Positions 28,898 through 38,900 of a DNA stretch of 64,000 nt are shown one piece after another. Position 1 is the stretch's first letter; each line of letters opens with the position of its first letter. The stretch lies in contig CAYWYR010000006.1 in assembly GCA_964462685.1 (NCBI GenBank), positions 79,687 to 143,686 on the forward strand, given 5' to 3'. The notes under the pieces were generated by a model. It had not been told where the DNA came from and ran no database searches. It saw nothing but the letters and a program-made list of their open reading frames with translations. The position numbers and the translations under genes are program-made. Source of the DNA: an uncultured Hyphomicrobiales bacterium (GTDB taxonomy: Bacteria > Bacteroidota > Ignavibacteria > Kapaibacteriales > UBA2268).

Positions 28898-30781
28898 TCA
28901 GAATGCTATCATTGATGTGAGAAAAATATTGGGTACTTCCTGTATCCTGCCGTTCGTGTTCTGATACTCATACCAGCCTGAGAGAACAAGAGAATTTCCT
29001 GAATCATAATACAGTTCCGCCAATAATTCCGGCCCGTATGAAAACTGTTCAAAATCACCGAAATTATTGATCGCACCCGGCCCGATTCTTTTTTGCTCCA
29101 GACCGTAAACCCTGAACCCGATACCATATCTGTTCCTACCTTCAGTCGATACGATAAGGAATTTGGCGAACCGCTCAAAATTAGCATTTTCGGGGGTCTC
29201 GGCAAAATCATTCCAGAACAGCAACCCTCTTTCGTAGTATCTAATCAGTAAGTTAGATTCTAAACTGATATTTTTAGAAAGGGTTACGATAGTAGTATCA
29301 CTATAATTTATTTGCCTGAGTGAAAAGCTATTGATATTCTGTGTAAGTGCTTCGAAATCAAATGAGGTATAATTAGCGATCAGATCGATTGATGGCCGGT
29401 AGTCGATAGATCCATTATAAAATCGCGCACCCTGATATAGTGAGAGTATTCTGTTCCATCTATTCTGAGATGAGAACTGAGACTTGAGATACACAAAGTG
29501 GTTAGCAAAGAAAGAGAGCCTGATATCGTATTCCAGATATTTGGAAAAACTGTGGCTGTATCCCCCTGTGACTTGATATGTCAGTTCATCGCGGTCGTCG
29601 TTGTTAAGCTCACTAGGTGTATCATATCTCAAGATATTGATGAAATAATCAAAAAACAAAGTGTTTTCATCAGAGAAATCATGGCGTAGATCAGCGTTGA
29701 AACGCGTGGCCACTTGCTGGTTATCCCGCAGTGATTCCAAATCCGCGAGATTCTCCAAAGCCGTGTTGGTAATATCGAAACGCCTAGCGGTTTTATTTAT
29801 CTCGTCTCTGGAGTTTACACTGATACCACTGTTTATTTTTGTTTTACCAAAATCTAATCTCAGATCACCTGAGAAACCAAATGTGTTCTCGTCCACATTT
29901 CTTGAGATATTGGAAATACTGAGTCCTTCGATAGAATATTTATAGTCCCTAAGGATATTTGCGTTTGATAAATTCCCTTTAAGGTCGGCTCTGAGCCAAT
30001 CAGTGATTTTCAGATTAAGCCCTATCAGGCCACCGTATCTTTCCTCAGTTCTGTTTTCAATGGTATTTACGATTAGCGGATTTAGTCTTCGCTGGTTCTC
30101 TGTCAATCTTCCCAGTAAATCCCTATCGAGTACATTATAAAAAGCACCAACCGTAAAAAGATCACCAAGGTCGAAGCCTTTAGAATAACTTACTCTGTTT
30201 TTAGTCTCAAAATTTTCTCTGTCCAGATTCAGAGAAAGATAATCGCTATTGCTTTCCAGATCAAAGGAATTGCTACCATCTTTATAGCCAGCGGTGATAC
30301 CCGCTACGCTTCTGAAGCCGGGTGAAGTAAGTTCCAGCCTTTCATTATGTTCCCCCCCGATACCAAGATCAAGACTGGTAAGAACCGGCCCGTCAAGGCC
30401 ATTGATCTCTATAGCATCATTATAGAACAGCTTTGCCAGCCCGCCGAACCGTTCAAGCTCACTAAGTGTGTTCGATCTTTTATCAGCGATATACTGCCCG
30501 TATCCGCGGGCACCGGCATATAGTTTACCGCCGGTGGGGTAGCGGTAGTCAATGGTAATATTTTCATCATCCCTGAAACTGACCCCTTCTGTTATCAGTC
30601 CGTTACCAAGATAATTCTGGTTTATATTGAATATCCCGAATGAGGATGAATCTGCTACAACAGCGTCTATATCGAATAGATATGTATTGATCTGCTTGTC
30701 CATTCTTGACCGCAAAAAGCCCAGATCACTAAAAAGATCGTCGGCACCGAAAAGCAATAAGCATATCAGAAATACACCCAT
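28898..30781 (-). CDS. Hypothetical outer-membrane beta-barrel protein (627 aa)
   Basis: Signal-like N-terminus, pervasive amphipathic beta-strand pattern rich in Y/N/S/G, terminal aromatic residue (..SMIAF). Confidence 0.4.
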   Translation of the reverse strand: MGVFLICLLLFGADDLFSDLGFLRSRMDKQINTYLFDIDAVVADSSSFGIFNINQNYLGNGLITEGVSFRDDENITIDYRYPTGGKLYAGARGYGQYIADKRSNTLSELERFGGLAKLFYNDAIEINGLDGPVLTSLDLGIGGEHNERLELTSPGFRSVAGITAGYKDGSNSFDLESNSDYLSLNLDRENFETKNRVSYSKGFDLGDLFTVGAFYNVLDRDLLGRLTENQRRLNPLIVNTIENRTEERYGGLIGLNLKITDWLRADLKGNLSNANILRDYKYSIEGLSISNISRNVDENTFGFSGDLRLDFGKTKINSGISVNSRDEINKTARRFDITNTALENLADLESLRDNQQVATRFNADLRHDFSDENTLFFDYFINILRYDTPSELNNDDRDELTYQVTGGYSHSFSKYLEYDIRLSFFANHFVYLKSQFSSQNRWNRILSLYQGARFYNGSIDYRPSIDLIANYTSFDFEALTQNINSFSLRQINYSDTTIVTLSKNISLESNLLIRYYERGLLFWNDFAETPENANFERFAKFLIVSTEGRNRYGIGFRVYGLEQKRIGPGAINNFGDFEQFSYGPELLAELYYDSGNSLVLSGWYEYQNTNGRIQEVPNIFLTSMIAF

Positions 30782-30867
30782 ATACCTTTTGGGTAGATAA
30801 CTATCTTTCTTATTCGTATTTTTGCTGATTACGATTATCTATACCCGCATAACTTCATATCAAAAGT

Positions 30868-33414
30868 ATGACTTCCTCAAATATCAGAAAGCAATTTATA
30901 TCATTCTTCCAACAGAGAGAACATAAAGTAGTTCCTTCTGCTCCATCTGTACCACACGGTGATCCAACTTTGATGTTCACCAACGCTGGAATGAACCAGT
31001 TTAAGGATGTCTTTCTGGGCAGTGGGAGTAGGGATTACAGCCGCGCGGTAGATACACAGAAATGTATAAGGGTATCTGGTAAACATAACGATTTGGAAGA
31101 GGTTGGTGTTGATCATTATCACCATACTTTCTTTGAAATGCTCGGTAACTGGAGTTTTGGGGATTACTATAAAGCAGAAGCCATCAAATATGCATGGGAA
31201 CTTCTCACCGATGTCTGGCAGTTAGATCAATCTAGGCTTTATGCAACTGTTTATACCACAGATGACGAATCCTACGATATATGGAAGAATTATCTTCCAG
31301 AAGAAAGAATACTCCGTTTCGGCGATAAAGATAATTTCTGGGAAATGGGAGATACCGGCCCATGCGGCCCTTCTTCGGAAATACACTACGACGGCACAGA
31401 TGACAAATCCGGGAAGGAGCTGGTAAATGCAGGCCACGAGGATGTTATCGAGATATGGAATCTTGTATTTATAGAGTTTAACAGGCAGCACGGGGGCGAA
31501 CTTGAACCTCTCAGCCGTAAACATGTTGATACAGGCATGGGGTTCGAAAGGATTACCCGTATCCTCCAAGGGAAATCATCAAATTATGATACCGATATCT
31601 TTGAGCCTCTACTAAAAAGCATTTCAAAGCTTTCTGGTAATGAATACAATGGTTCAGATTCATCAAACGATATTGCTTTCAGAGTAATCGCAGATCACAT
31701 TCGTGCATTATGTTTTTCGGTTGCCGATGGCGCTATACCGGGTAGCGACGGTAGGGGATACGTACTCCGCAGAATACTAAGAAGAGCGAGCAGATACGGC
31801 TCAAAGCTCGGGATGAACGAGCCGTTCCTGTATAAACTGATACCTGTACTGGCAAGCTCAATGGGAGAAGTATTCCCCGAGATTATAGAGAACAAAGAGA
31901 CTATCGAAAAAATCATTCACTCCGAAGAGAAGTCTTTTTTGCAGACTCTCGAAAAAGGTCTTGCAAAGTTCGAAGAGCTTACAAGTGATTCAAACACTGT
32001 GTCCGGTAGTGATGTTTTCCTATTATATGATACTTTCGGATTCCCCGCCGATCTTACTGCTCTGCTTGGTAGGGAGAGAAACATATCAGTTGATCTAGAG
32101 GGTTTTGACCGCTACATGCAGGATCAGAAGGAAAGATCAAGATCAGCAAGAAAAATTCAAGACGCAGAAGTAGATAATCTCGATATCGATATCGAATCTA
32201 GGTTTATCGGTTACGATTATGATTATGGGGAAGGACAGGTACGCTGGGCTAGCGGCAAACAGATTGCCGTGGACAATACACCATTTTATGCGGAAAAAGG
32301 TGGCCAGATAAGCGATAAAGGACAGATTATACATGACGGCAAGGCTTATGAAGTAGTATCCGTCAAAAGTAACAAAGAAGCTATAGTAATCGAGCTTGAT
32401 AAAGACTATAAAGGCAGTATAGGCGACAAGGTTGAGCAGAAAATAGATAATGAAAAGCGTATAGCAATCAAGCGGAACCACTCAGCAACGCATCTGCTTC
32501 ATGCGGCACTCGAGAAAGTTCTCGGCAGCCATATCCAACAGCAGGGTTCTCTTGTTACCGATAGCTATCTAAGATTTGATTATAATCATTATGAAAAGCC
32601 TAGTTCCGATCAACTTAGTGAAATAGAATCGATGGTTAACACTGAGATTTTAAAAAACTCTGATGTGATTACGGAGATACTATCACTTGATGAAGCACAA
32701 AACCGCCCTGAGATAAAACAGTTTTTCGGTGATAAATACGGCAGTGAAGTAAGAGCCGTATCAATGGGAAGAGGGGATGACAGCACATTTTCCGTAGAGT
32801 TATGCGGTGGAACACATGTATCAAATACCGCTGAAATCGGTTTATTCCTCATTACTTCAGAAAGCTCGATTGCTTCCGGCATAAGAAGAATAGAAGCTGT
32901 AACAGGTGAAAAAGTATATCATGCGATCAATGAACTCCGAGAAGATAAAAACAAGCTATTAAGCGATATATCAGGGCGAGATAAAAATATTAGAGACCTC
33001 GAAAAAGAGATCAAGAAACTATCGACTTCTAATATAACAGATGATATCGATACATTGATTGAGGAAGCACAAACAATAGGCGATGTGAAAATCGCAACAG
33101 TTTCCTACGATGAACTCGAGGTCGATCAGCTGCGAGAGCTTGGAGATAATCTCAGAAATAAGCTAGGCGATAAGGGGGTAGGGCTTCTTTCTACTACGAA
33201 CGGCGATAAGATAATGCTGGTCTGCGTATCGACAGATGGGATCAAAAAGCAACTGCCCGCAGGTAAAATAGTAGGCGAGGCCGCTAAAAGGATAGGCGGC
33301 GGCGGCGGCGGTAAACCTCACATGGCTACAGCTGGCGGTAGAGACAAAGAAAAATTACCGGAACTTATGGAAAGCGGTATCCTGGATATTGTTAAAGATA
33401 TGCTGAAAGGCTGA
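30868..33414 (+). CDS. alaS: Alanine--tRNA ligase
   Basis: N-terminal FFQQREHKVVPSAPSVPHGDPTLMFTNAGMNQFKDVFLG, editing-domain HSATHLLHAAL, C-terminal GGGGGGKPHMATAGG; 848 aa. Confidence 0.95.
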   Translation: MTSSNIRKQFISFFQQREHKVVPSAPSVPHGDPTLMFTNAGMNQFKDVFLGSGSRDYSRAVDTQKCIRVSGKHNDLEEVGVDHYHHTFFEMLGNWSFGDYYKAEAIKYAWELLTDVWQLDQSRLYATVYTTDDESYDIWKNYLPEERILRFGDKDNFWEMGDTGPCGPSSEIHYDGTDDKSGKELVNAGHEDVIEIWNLVFIEFNRQHGGELEPLSRKHVDTGMGFERITRILQGKSSNYDTDIFEPLLKSISKLSGNEYNGSDSSNDIAFRVIADHIRALCFSVADGAIPGSDGRGYVLRRILRRASRYGSKLGMNEPFLYKLIPVLASSMGEVFPEIIENKETIEKIIHSEEKSFLQTLEKGLAKFEELTSDSNTVSGSDVFLLYDTFGFPADLTALLGRERNISVDLEGFDRYMQDQKERSRSARKIQDAEVDNLDIDIESRFIGYDYDYGEGQVRWASGKQIAVDNTPFYAEKGGQISDKGQIIHDGKAYEVVSVKSNKEAIVIELDKDYKGSIGDKVEQKIDNEKRIAIKRNHSATHLLHAALEKVLGSHIQQQGSLVTDSYLRFDYNHYEKPSSDQLSEIESMVNTEILKNSDVITEILSLDEAQNRPEIKQFFGDKYGSEVRAVSMGRGDDSTFSVELCGGTHVSNTAEIGLFLITSESSIASGIRRIEAVTGEKVYHAINELREDKNKLLSDISGRDKNIRDLEKEIKKLSTSNITDDIDTLIEEAQTIGDVKIATVSYDELEVDQLRELGDNLRNKLGDKGVGLLSTTNGDKIMLVCVSTDGIKKQLPAGKIVGEAAKRIGGGGGGKPHMATAGGRDKEKLPELMESGILDIVKDMLKG

Positions 33415-34226
33415 TGTACAAACTCGATCTACCCATATTCGAAGGCCCTTTTGAGCTTTTGCTATATTTTATCAGGCGCGATGAGATAGATATCTATGAT
33501 ATACCTATTTCTAAAGTGACGGCTGAGTTTTTGGAATATGTACAGATAATAAAAGAGCTCGATCTGGAAATGGCTGGTGATTTTATACTTATGTCCTCTC
33601 AGCTCATGTATATAAAAAGCCAGATGCTGCTGCCGAGAGAAGTACCTGAAGGTGAAGAGCCAGAAGACCCCCGCAGGCAGATTGTGCAGTCCCTGCTGGA
33701 GTATCAGAGGTATAAAGAGGTATCAGAAGATCTTAAGGATATGGAATCCGGAAATAGATATATTATGTACCGTAATCTTTATGAAGCCGAAAGGGATCAT
33801 ATCTCAGAAACAGATACCTACAAGAACGCTACTTTTATCGATCTTGTAAAAGCCTACAAGAAAATGCTCGATCGCCAGGAGGGTAAAGATAAGATCCAGC
33901 ATGTTGTAAACTTCAATCCAGTAACCATTGAGGCCCAAGTAAAAAAATTTACCGATCTGATAAAAAAACAAAAGCGGTTTTCTTTCAATAAGGTAGCTGA
34001 AGATTATGATAAACTTACTTTAGTAGTATCATTCCTGGCTATTCTGGAAATGATCAGATACGGGAAGGCAAGTATATCCCAAGATGAAAACTTCGAAGAT
34101 ATATATATAGGGGAGCCAACACCCGAGCAACTTAAAGACCACGCAGGAGAAGTTATCGATATAACTTCGGATGGAGCCGATCACAGCACGATCGGTGAAA
34201 AAGAAACTATACTTACTGATTCATAA
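33414..34226 (+). CDS. scpA: Segregation and condensation protein A (kleisin)
   Basis: LDLPIFEGPFELLLYFIRRDEIDIYDIPISKVTAEFLEY characteristic of ScpA; start overlaps alaS stop by 1 nt. Confidence 0.85.
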   Translation: MYKLDLPIFEGPFELLLYFIRRDEIDIYDIPISKVTAEFLEYVQIIKELDLEMAGDFILMSSQLMYIKSQMLLPREVPEGEEPEDPRRQIVQSLLEYQRYKEVSEDLKDMESGNRYIMYRNLYEAERDHISETDTYKNATFIDLVKAYKKMLDRQEGKDKIQHVVNFNPVTIEAQVKKFTDLIKKQKRFSFNKVAEDYDKLTLVVSFLAILEMIRYGKASISQDENFEDIYIGEPTPEQLKDHAGEVIDITSDGADHSTIGEKETILTDS

Positions 34227-34277
34227 TATCGCAGAAATATACCTGCATAATAACCAGATTTTCGACAAACCATTTAT

Positions 34278-35201
34278 ATGGCAGAAATAAACCACATACC
34301 TAAGTTCGTATTACTTGATAGAGATCAACAAAAACATTTCTTGGAAACGCTTATATTTTCAAGTGAAGATAGGCTGACTATCAAACTACTAATCGATATT
34401 CTATCTGAAAAAGAAGATTTTTTCGATAAATATAATAAAGAGGTTGATCTAGATGTCAAAAGTGGCGAAGAATCAGAAAACGCACCTTCAGAGAGATCCA
34501 TTCTGCCAGATGATTTTGATGAAGCGATGCTCAGCAGATTCGCTCTTAATCAAAAGTATATAAAATTACTTATCGATGAGATTAATATCGACCTCGAGAA
34601 AACGAACAGGCCTTTTAGAATTGTTGATTTCGCAGGTGGTTATCAGTATTCCACACTCAACGAATACGGCGAGCTTGTAGCGAGTGTTGTAAAAGCTAAA
34701 TCCAAAAAAAGGATATCTAACGTACAACTGGAAACTCTCGCTATCATAGCATACAAACAGCCTGTAACTAAACCTGAAATAGAGCAGATAAGAGGTGTAA
34801 ATAGCAAAGAAGCTATCAATTCCGTGGTAGAAAAAGGGTTTGCTACAGTAGTTGGTAGAAGTGAGAAAGTAGGAAAACCTCTGCTTTACGGAACAACTAA
34901 AGATTTTCTCGAGACTTTTGGGCTGTCATCACTTAAAGACCTGCCAAACCTGAAAGAAATCAACGAGCTAACCGACGACAGGCCAGACGAGGAAGAACTG
35001 CAGAAAGTAAAGATCAATCCCACTACAATGGATAAAGAAGCTATTAATGAGCAGAATTATACCAATTCTGAAACTGATGCAGTATTGACAAAAGAGGATG
35101 AAAATGCTGTAAAGCTTTCCGATGATTTAGTCATAGAAGACTCAGCCGACCAGAAGGTAAACACTGATAGCCTATCAAGTCTTTATATCAAAAACAAATA
35201 A
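34278..35201 (+). CDS. scpB: Segregation and condensation protein B, with N- and C-terminal extensions
   Basis: Winged-helix region SNVQLETLAIIAYKQPVTKPEIEQIRGVNSKEAINSVVEKGF; adjacent to scpA. Confidence 0.8.
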   Translation: MAEINHIPKFVLLDRDQQKHFLETLIFSSEDRLTIKLLIDILSEKEDFFDKYNKEVDLDVKSGEESENAPSERSILPDDFDEAMLSRFALNQKYIKLLIDEINIDLEKTNRPFRIVDFAGGYQYSTLNEYGELVASVVKAKSKKRISNVQLETLAIIAYKQPVTKPEIEQIRGVNSKEAINSVVEKGFATVVGRSEKVGKPLLYGTTKDFLETFGLSSLKDLPNLKEINELTDDRPDEEELQKVKINPTTMDKEAINEQNYTNSETDAVLTKEDENAVKLSDDLVIEDSADQKVNTDSLSSLYIKNK

Positions 35202-35257
35202 CATTAAAATATATAAGGCGTCATTTAAGTATTACTTTCAACTAAAAAAGGATAATT

Positions 35258-35620
35258 GTGCCAGCACGTAATATAGACTCAAAAACATTCAAAGATACTA
35301 TTTTCGATTATACAGAAAGCCAACAGTGGGATTACAAAGGCGATGTACCGATGATAATCGACTTCTATGCTGACTGGTGCGGGCCTTGTAAAGCCGTCGC
35401 TCCTATTATGGATAAACTATCTGAAGATTATGAAGGCAGAGTGGATATCGTTAAAGTAGATACCGAAAAAGAAGCTGAATTGTCTCAGGTATTCGGTATC
35501 AAAAGCATACCATCGGTGCTTTTTATACCAAAGGACGGAGAACCTAAAATGGCAGTTGGTGCTCTCGATGAAAAAGGATACAAAAACGCTATCGAAGATA
35601 TTATGGGTGTGGTAGCTTGA
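35258..35620 (+). CDS. trxA: Thioredoxin
   Basis: WCGPCK active site, 120 aa. Confidence 0.85.
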   Translation: MPARNIDSKTFKDTIFDYTESQQWDYKGDVPMIIDFYADWCGPCKAVAPIMDKLSEDYEGRVDIVKVDTEKEAELSQVFGIKSIPSVLFIPKDGEPKMAVGALDEKGYKNAIEDIMGVVA

Positions 35621-35787
35621 AAAAAATAATAATACTTGTAATTCTTGGTACCCTGAGCGGCTTGGCTTATTATAATTATTTTGGCTGCACCTCTGGATGT
35701 TCTCTTCAGTCCAGCCCATATATAATGTCTTTTTATGGTGGTTTGATAGGCTTGACTTTGGGCTTCCCAACAAAAAAGAAGAAATGA
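35617..35787 (+). CDS. Possible small membrane protein (56 aa, TTG start overlapping trxA stop)
   Basis: Open frame LKKIIILVILGTLSGLAYYNYFGCTSGCSLQSSPYIMSFYGGLIGLTLGFPTKKKK with two hydrophobic segments; below the 60-aa cutoff of the ORF track. Confidence 0.2.
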   Translation: MKKIIILVILGTLSGLAYYNYFGCTSGCSLQSSPYIMSFYGGLIGLTLGFPTKKKK

Positions 35788-35840
35788 ATTAACTGTAGAT
35801 ACTTTTACATCAATTATGTATTCGTATCTATGGTAATGAT

Positions 35841-35876
35841 CAAAAAAAAAAGCCCTGCTACTTTCCAGTAGCAGGG
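35841..35876 (-). terminator. Intrinsic terminator after the 1599-aa adhesin gene (A10 / hairpin; also downstream of the trxA operon)
   Basis: GCCCTGCTACT-TTCC-AGTAGCAGGGC perfect 11-bp stem preceded by A10 on plus strand (T10 on minus). Confidence 0.7.
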
Positions 35877-35907
35877 CTTCTTCATTTTGCGCGATTGGAT
35901 TAACTGA

Positions 35908-38900
35908 TTATCTTTTTATCATCAGTCTTTGCGTTTCTGTGCTTACTCTTGTCTGGAATACAAGCTGATATAGTCCGTTTGGCTGTGTTGATAGATCAAG
36001 AAGTATTTCGTTGTCACCTTGGTTCACTATACCGTCGAATAATACTGCTTCCACAGAACCAGTCGTATTTACCAGAGTCACTGTTCCCATAATATCGAAA
36101 GGTGATGTAACGTTTAGGTTAACAAAATCAGATACTGGGTTAGGAGCAATACTTTGGATATTTGCAGCAGGACCGCTATTGATCACTGTCCTTATATAAT
36201 CTGCTTCGCATTCCCAAGATGTCACAAACTCTGCACCTACGATTGTAGGCTCTCTGCCACACTCCGATGATATAACTGTAAACTCAGCGACCATAGCTTC
36301 AGTTGTGCCTAATAGGAAAGTAGTAGGTAAAGATACTAATTCTACTTCACCTGCATTAGTGATGTTAGCCGGTAGGCCCACAGAATTAAACCTCAGTAAA
36401 TTGTTGCTTACATCTATATTTTCATCGATAACACTGAATGACCAGCCTGCTGTAGGGAATATCATATTTTGAGTGAGATCATCAAAGAACAGTACATTCG
36501 GGTCATAAGTCATCTCAAAATCCAGCTCCGCGATCGGATGGTCTAATGGAGGTATTTTTGCGATTAGAACAATATCGGTTACTTCACCAACTTTTTGATC
36601 ATAAGCAGCCTCTTGTGTCTCTACGGTAATATAATTACCATTTGCAGTGATATTATAGATTCTCTGAGCATTGAATGTGTTGTTCGATAGATCAATAGTA
36701 GCTGAGTAAGTATTATTATCTGGCACTCTTATCGTAAACCCATACTCAAAATCAGTCGAATTCGCAGGTATGATAACATCATCAAGCGAAGCGATATCAA
36801 TTATCTCTGGATTGGCTCCCGTGATCACTACATCAGCAGCATTGATTGTCATAGTGGATGCATTGGGATTGCTGACTGTGATGGAGGTATTAAAATCATA
36901 ACATGCCAATAGATTAAATGATACATCCACAGGCTCTTGCAGATCACTTGCGCCACAGTTGAATTCTTCCTGAACTGTTACTGTACCTTCAACTTGATTA
37001 TCTACACCATTACCCTCCGCAATATCAGCTACAAAGTTCAAAATATCCTGTGCTGGCGCAGCAGAAGAAGGTGTAAACCTGACATATATATCGATATTCG
37101 ATTCTGTTGGGATAGTAAGATTGTTCAGTTGATTTACCGGATTTCCACCAGCACCGTCGAGAAGCGTGTAATCCCCACCAAAATCAAATGCAGCAGACTG
37201 AATTTCAGTTGCTTCAAATTGAGAGGTGTTCTCTAAATTCACAACTATCTCATAAGCGATATTAACTTCTGGATCAATAGGGCAGTTATAGGTTGGCAGA
37301 AGGGTAGGATTAGTACCGGTACCAGTCACATTAGATACAAGTACCTCACCCCCGCCTTGTGTGATATTAACCGGCGTATTGAAATTATTTTCAGCCAATG
37401 GACTGAATTCTACTTCTAATAGTACTTCATCATTTGCGGGAACATTAAACGGAAGATTGATGTCGAGTAGTCTGTATCCGTTACTAGTACCACCAAATTC
37501 GATTCCTTCTATGGCAACAGCTGCGTTTGCGAGATTTCTAACTCTTATCTGGCCAGTGTTAACCGTATTTACTCTTCTTTGTCCGAAATCAAGGTCATCA
37601 ACAAGTAATTGCGCATTTACACCTTCGCCACTGAGTGTGGCTGCGGGATTGTCACAAAAACTGTTTGTTATAAAGTCTATGTCCGCTGTTCTATCTCCGA
37701 TTGCCTGAGGAGCGAATGCGATTTCCATATCTAATGACTGGCCGCCTTCTACTACAAAGCTCACTATGCCCGTTCCGTCTCCTGTATAAACAACATCGCC
37801 ATTGCTTTTAGTAATTGATCTGATACTGAAGTCAGGGCTGTTAAGCTGTGGTTCTACTTCTATCGATCCGCCGTTGCTGTTGGTGAATATATCTTCTACA
37901 AGTGTAATATCTTCTCCACCTACTATAAACTGATTCAAATTGACGTTTTCTGTTACTTCAAGCACGCATTCGCCAAGGCCTGTTATCTGTAAAGATATCT
38001 GATTGGCACATTCTGATTCCAAGATCAGAGAAGCATTGAATTGCCTGTCTTCATTTGGTGTGAAGGCTATTTCAAGATCAAGAGCTTCACCAGGAGGAAT
38101 TGTTATCGGTAAGTCAGCTTCTTCCAAGCCGGATAGCACACTGAAAACATTATCATCAGGTTGAAAGTAAAAGTCATTTATTACCACCGGTAGGGAAGAG
38201 GTATTCACTATTGCGTTAGGGAAAGACTTTGTGTCGGTTGCCAAAATCGGTACAACAGTAAAATCAACTGGTCTGTTAGTTATATCAAACTCAATAACAG
38301 GCCGAAATATATCAAAAGGATCAGAAATATCCTCGCTTGAAGGGGATTCACCGAATGCGGTAATATAACCATCGACACCACCTATACTAATTACATTATA
38401 TGAACCGAATTCGCGGCTATCGGAAAATGTACCTATATCGTATTGCACATCAGTGCCTGGAGTTGTAACCGAGGTTCTTCTATAAAGTGCCGGATTTCTT
38501 TGGCCAGGTATGATGTCTATTAATTGCATCCTGTTGTTTTCATCAAGTCTGACAGTAAGTGCTGCACCACTCCAGTTATTTACAAGCGGGAAATTCTTGT
38601 TTGTTACCTGGATCTGATTTAAGTCATTAGTGTACTGTCCCAAATATCTAGTGTAGATTTCAAGATTTCCTTCGAATACGCGGATACCTACTGGCTCTAA
38701 TTCAAAACTAGGTGCAGAACCATCACCTCCGAGTAAATATTGCTCTTTAACGACACCGTCTTTCCCGATCCTAGCTAAAAATCCGTATTTAACTCCTGGG
38801 TTTTTCGAATTGTCCTGTATTGAGCCGAAATTGAACTGATTATAGGTATAACCAACTACAAATATTTCATTTACAAATTCTACAACTCCAGTGATAAGAT

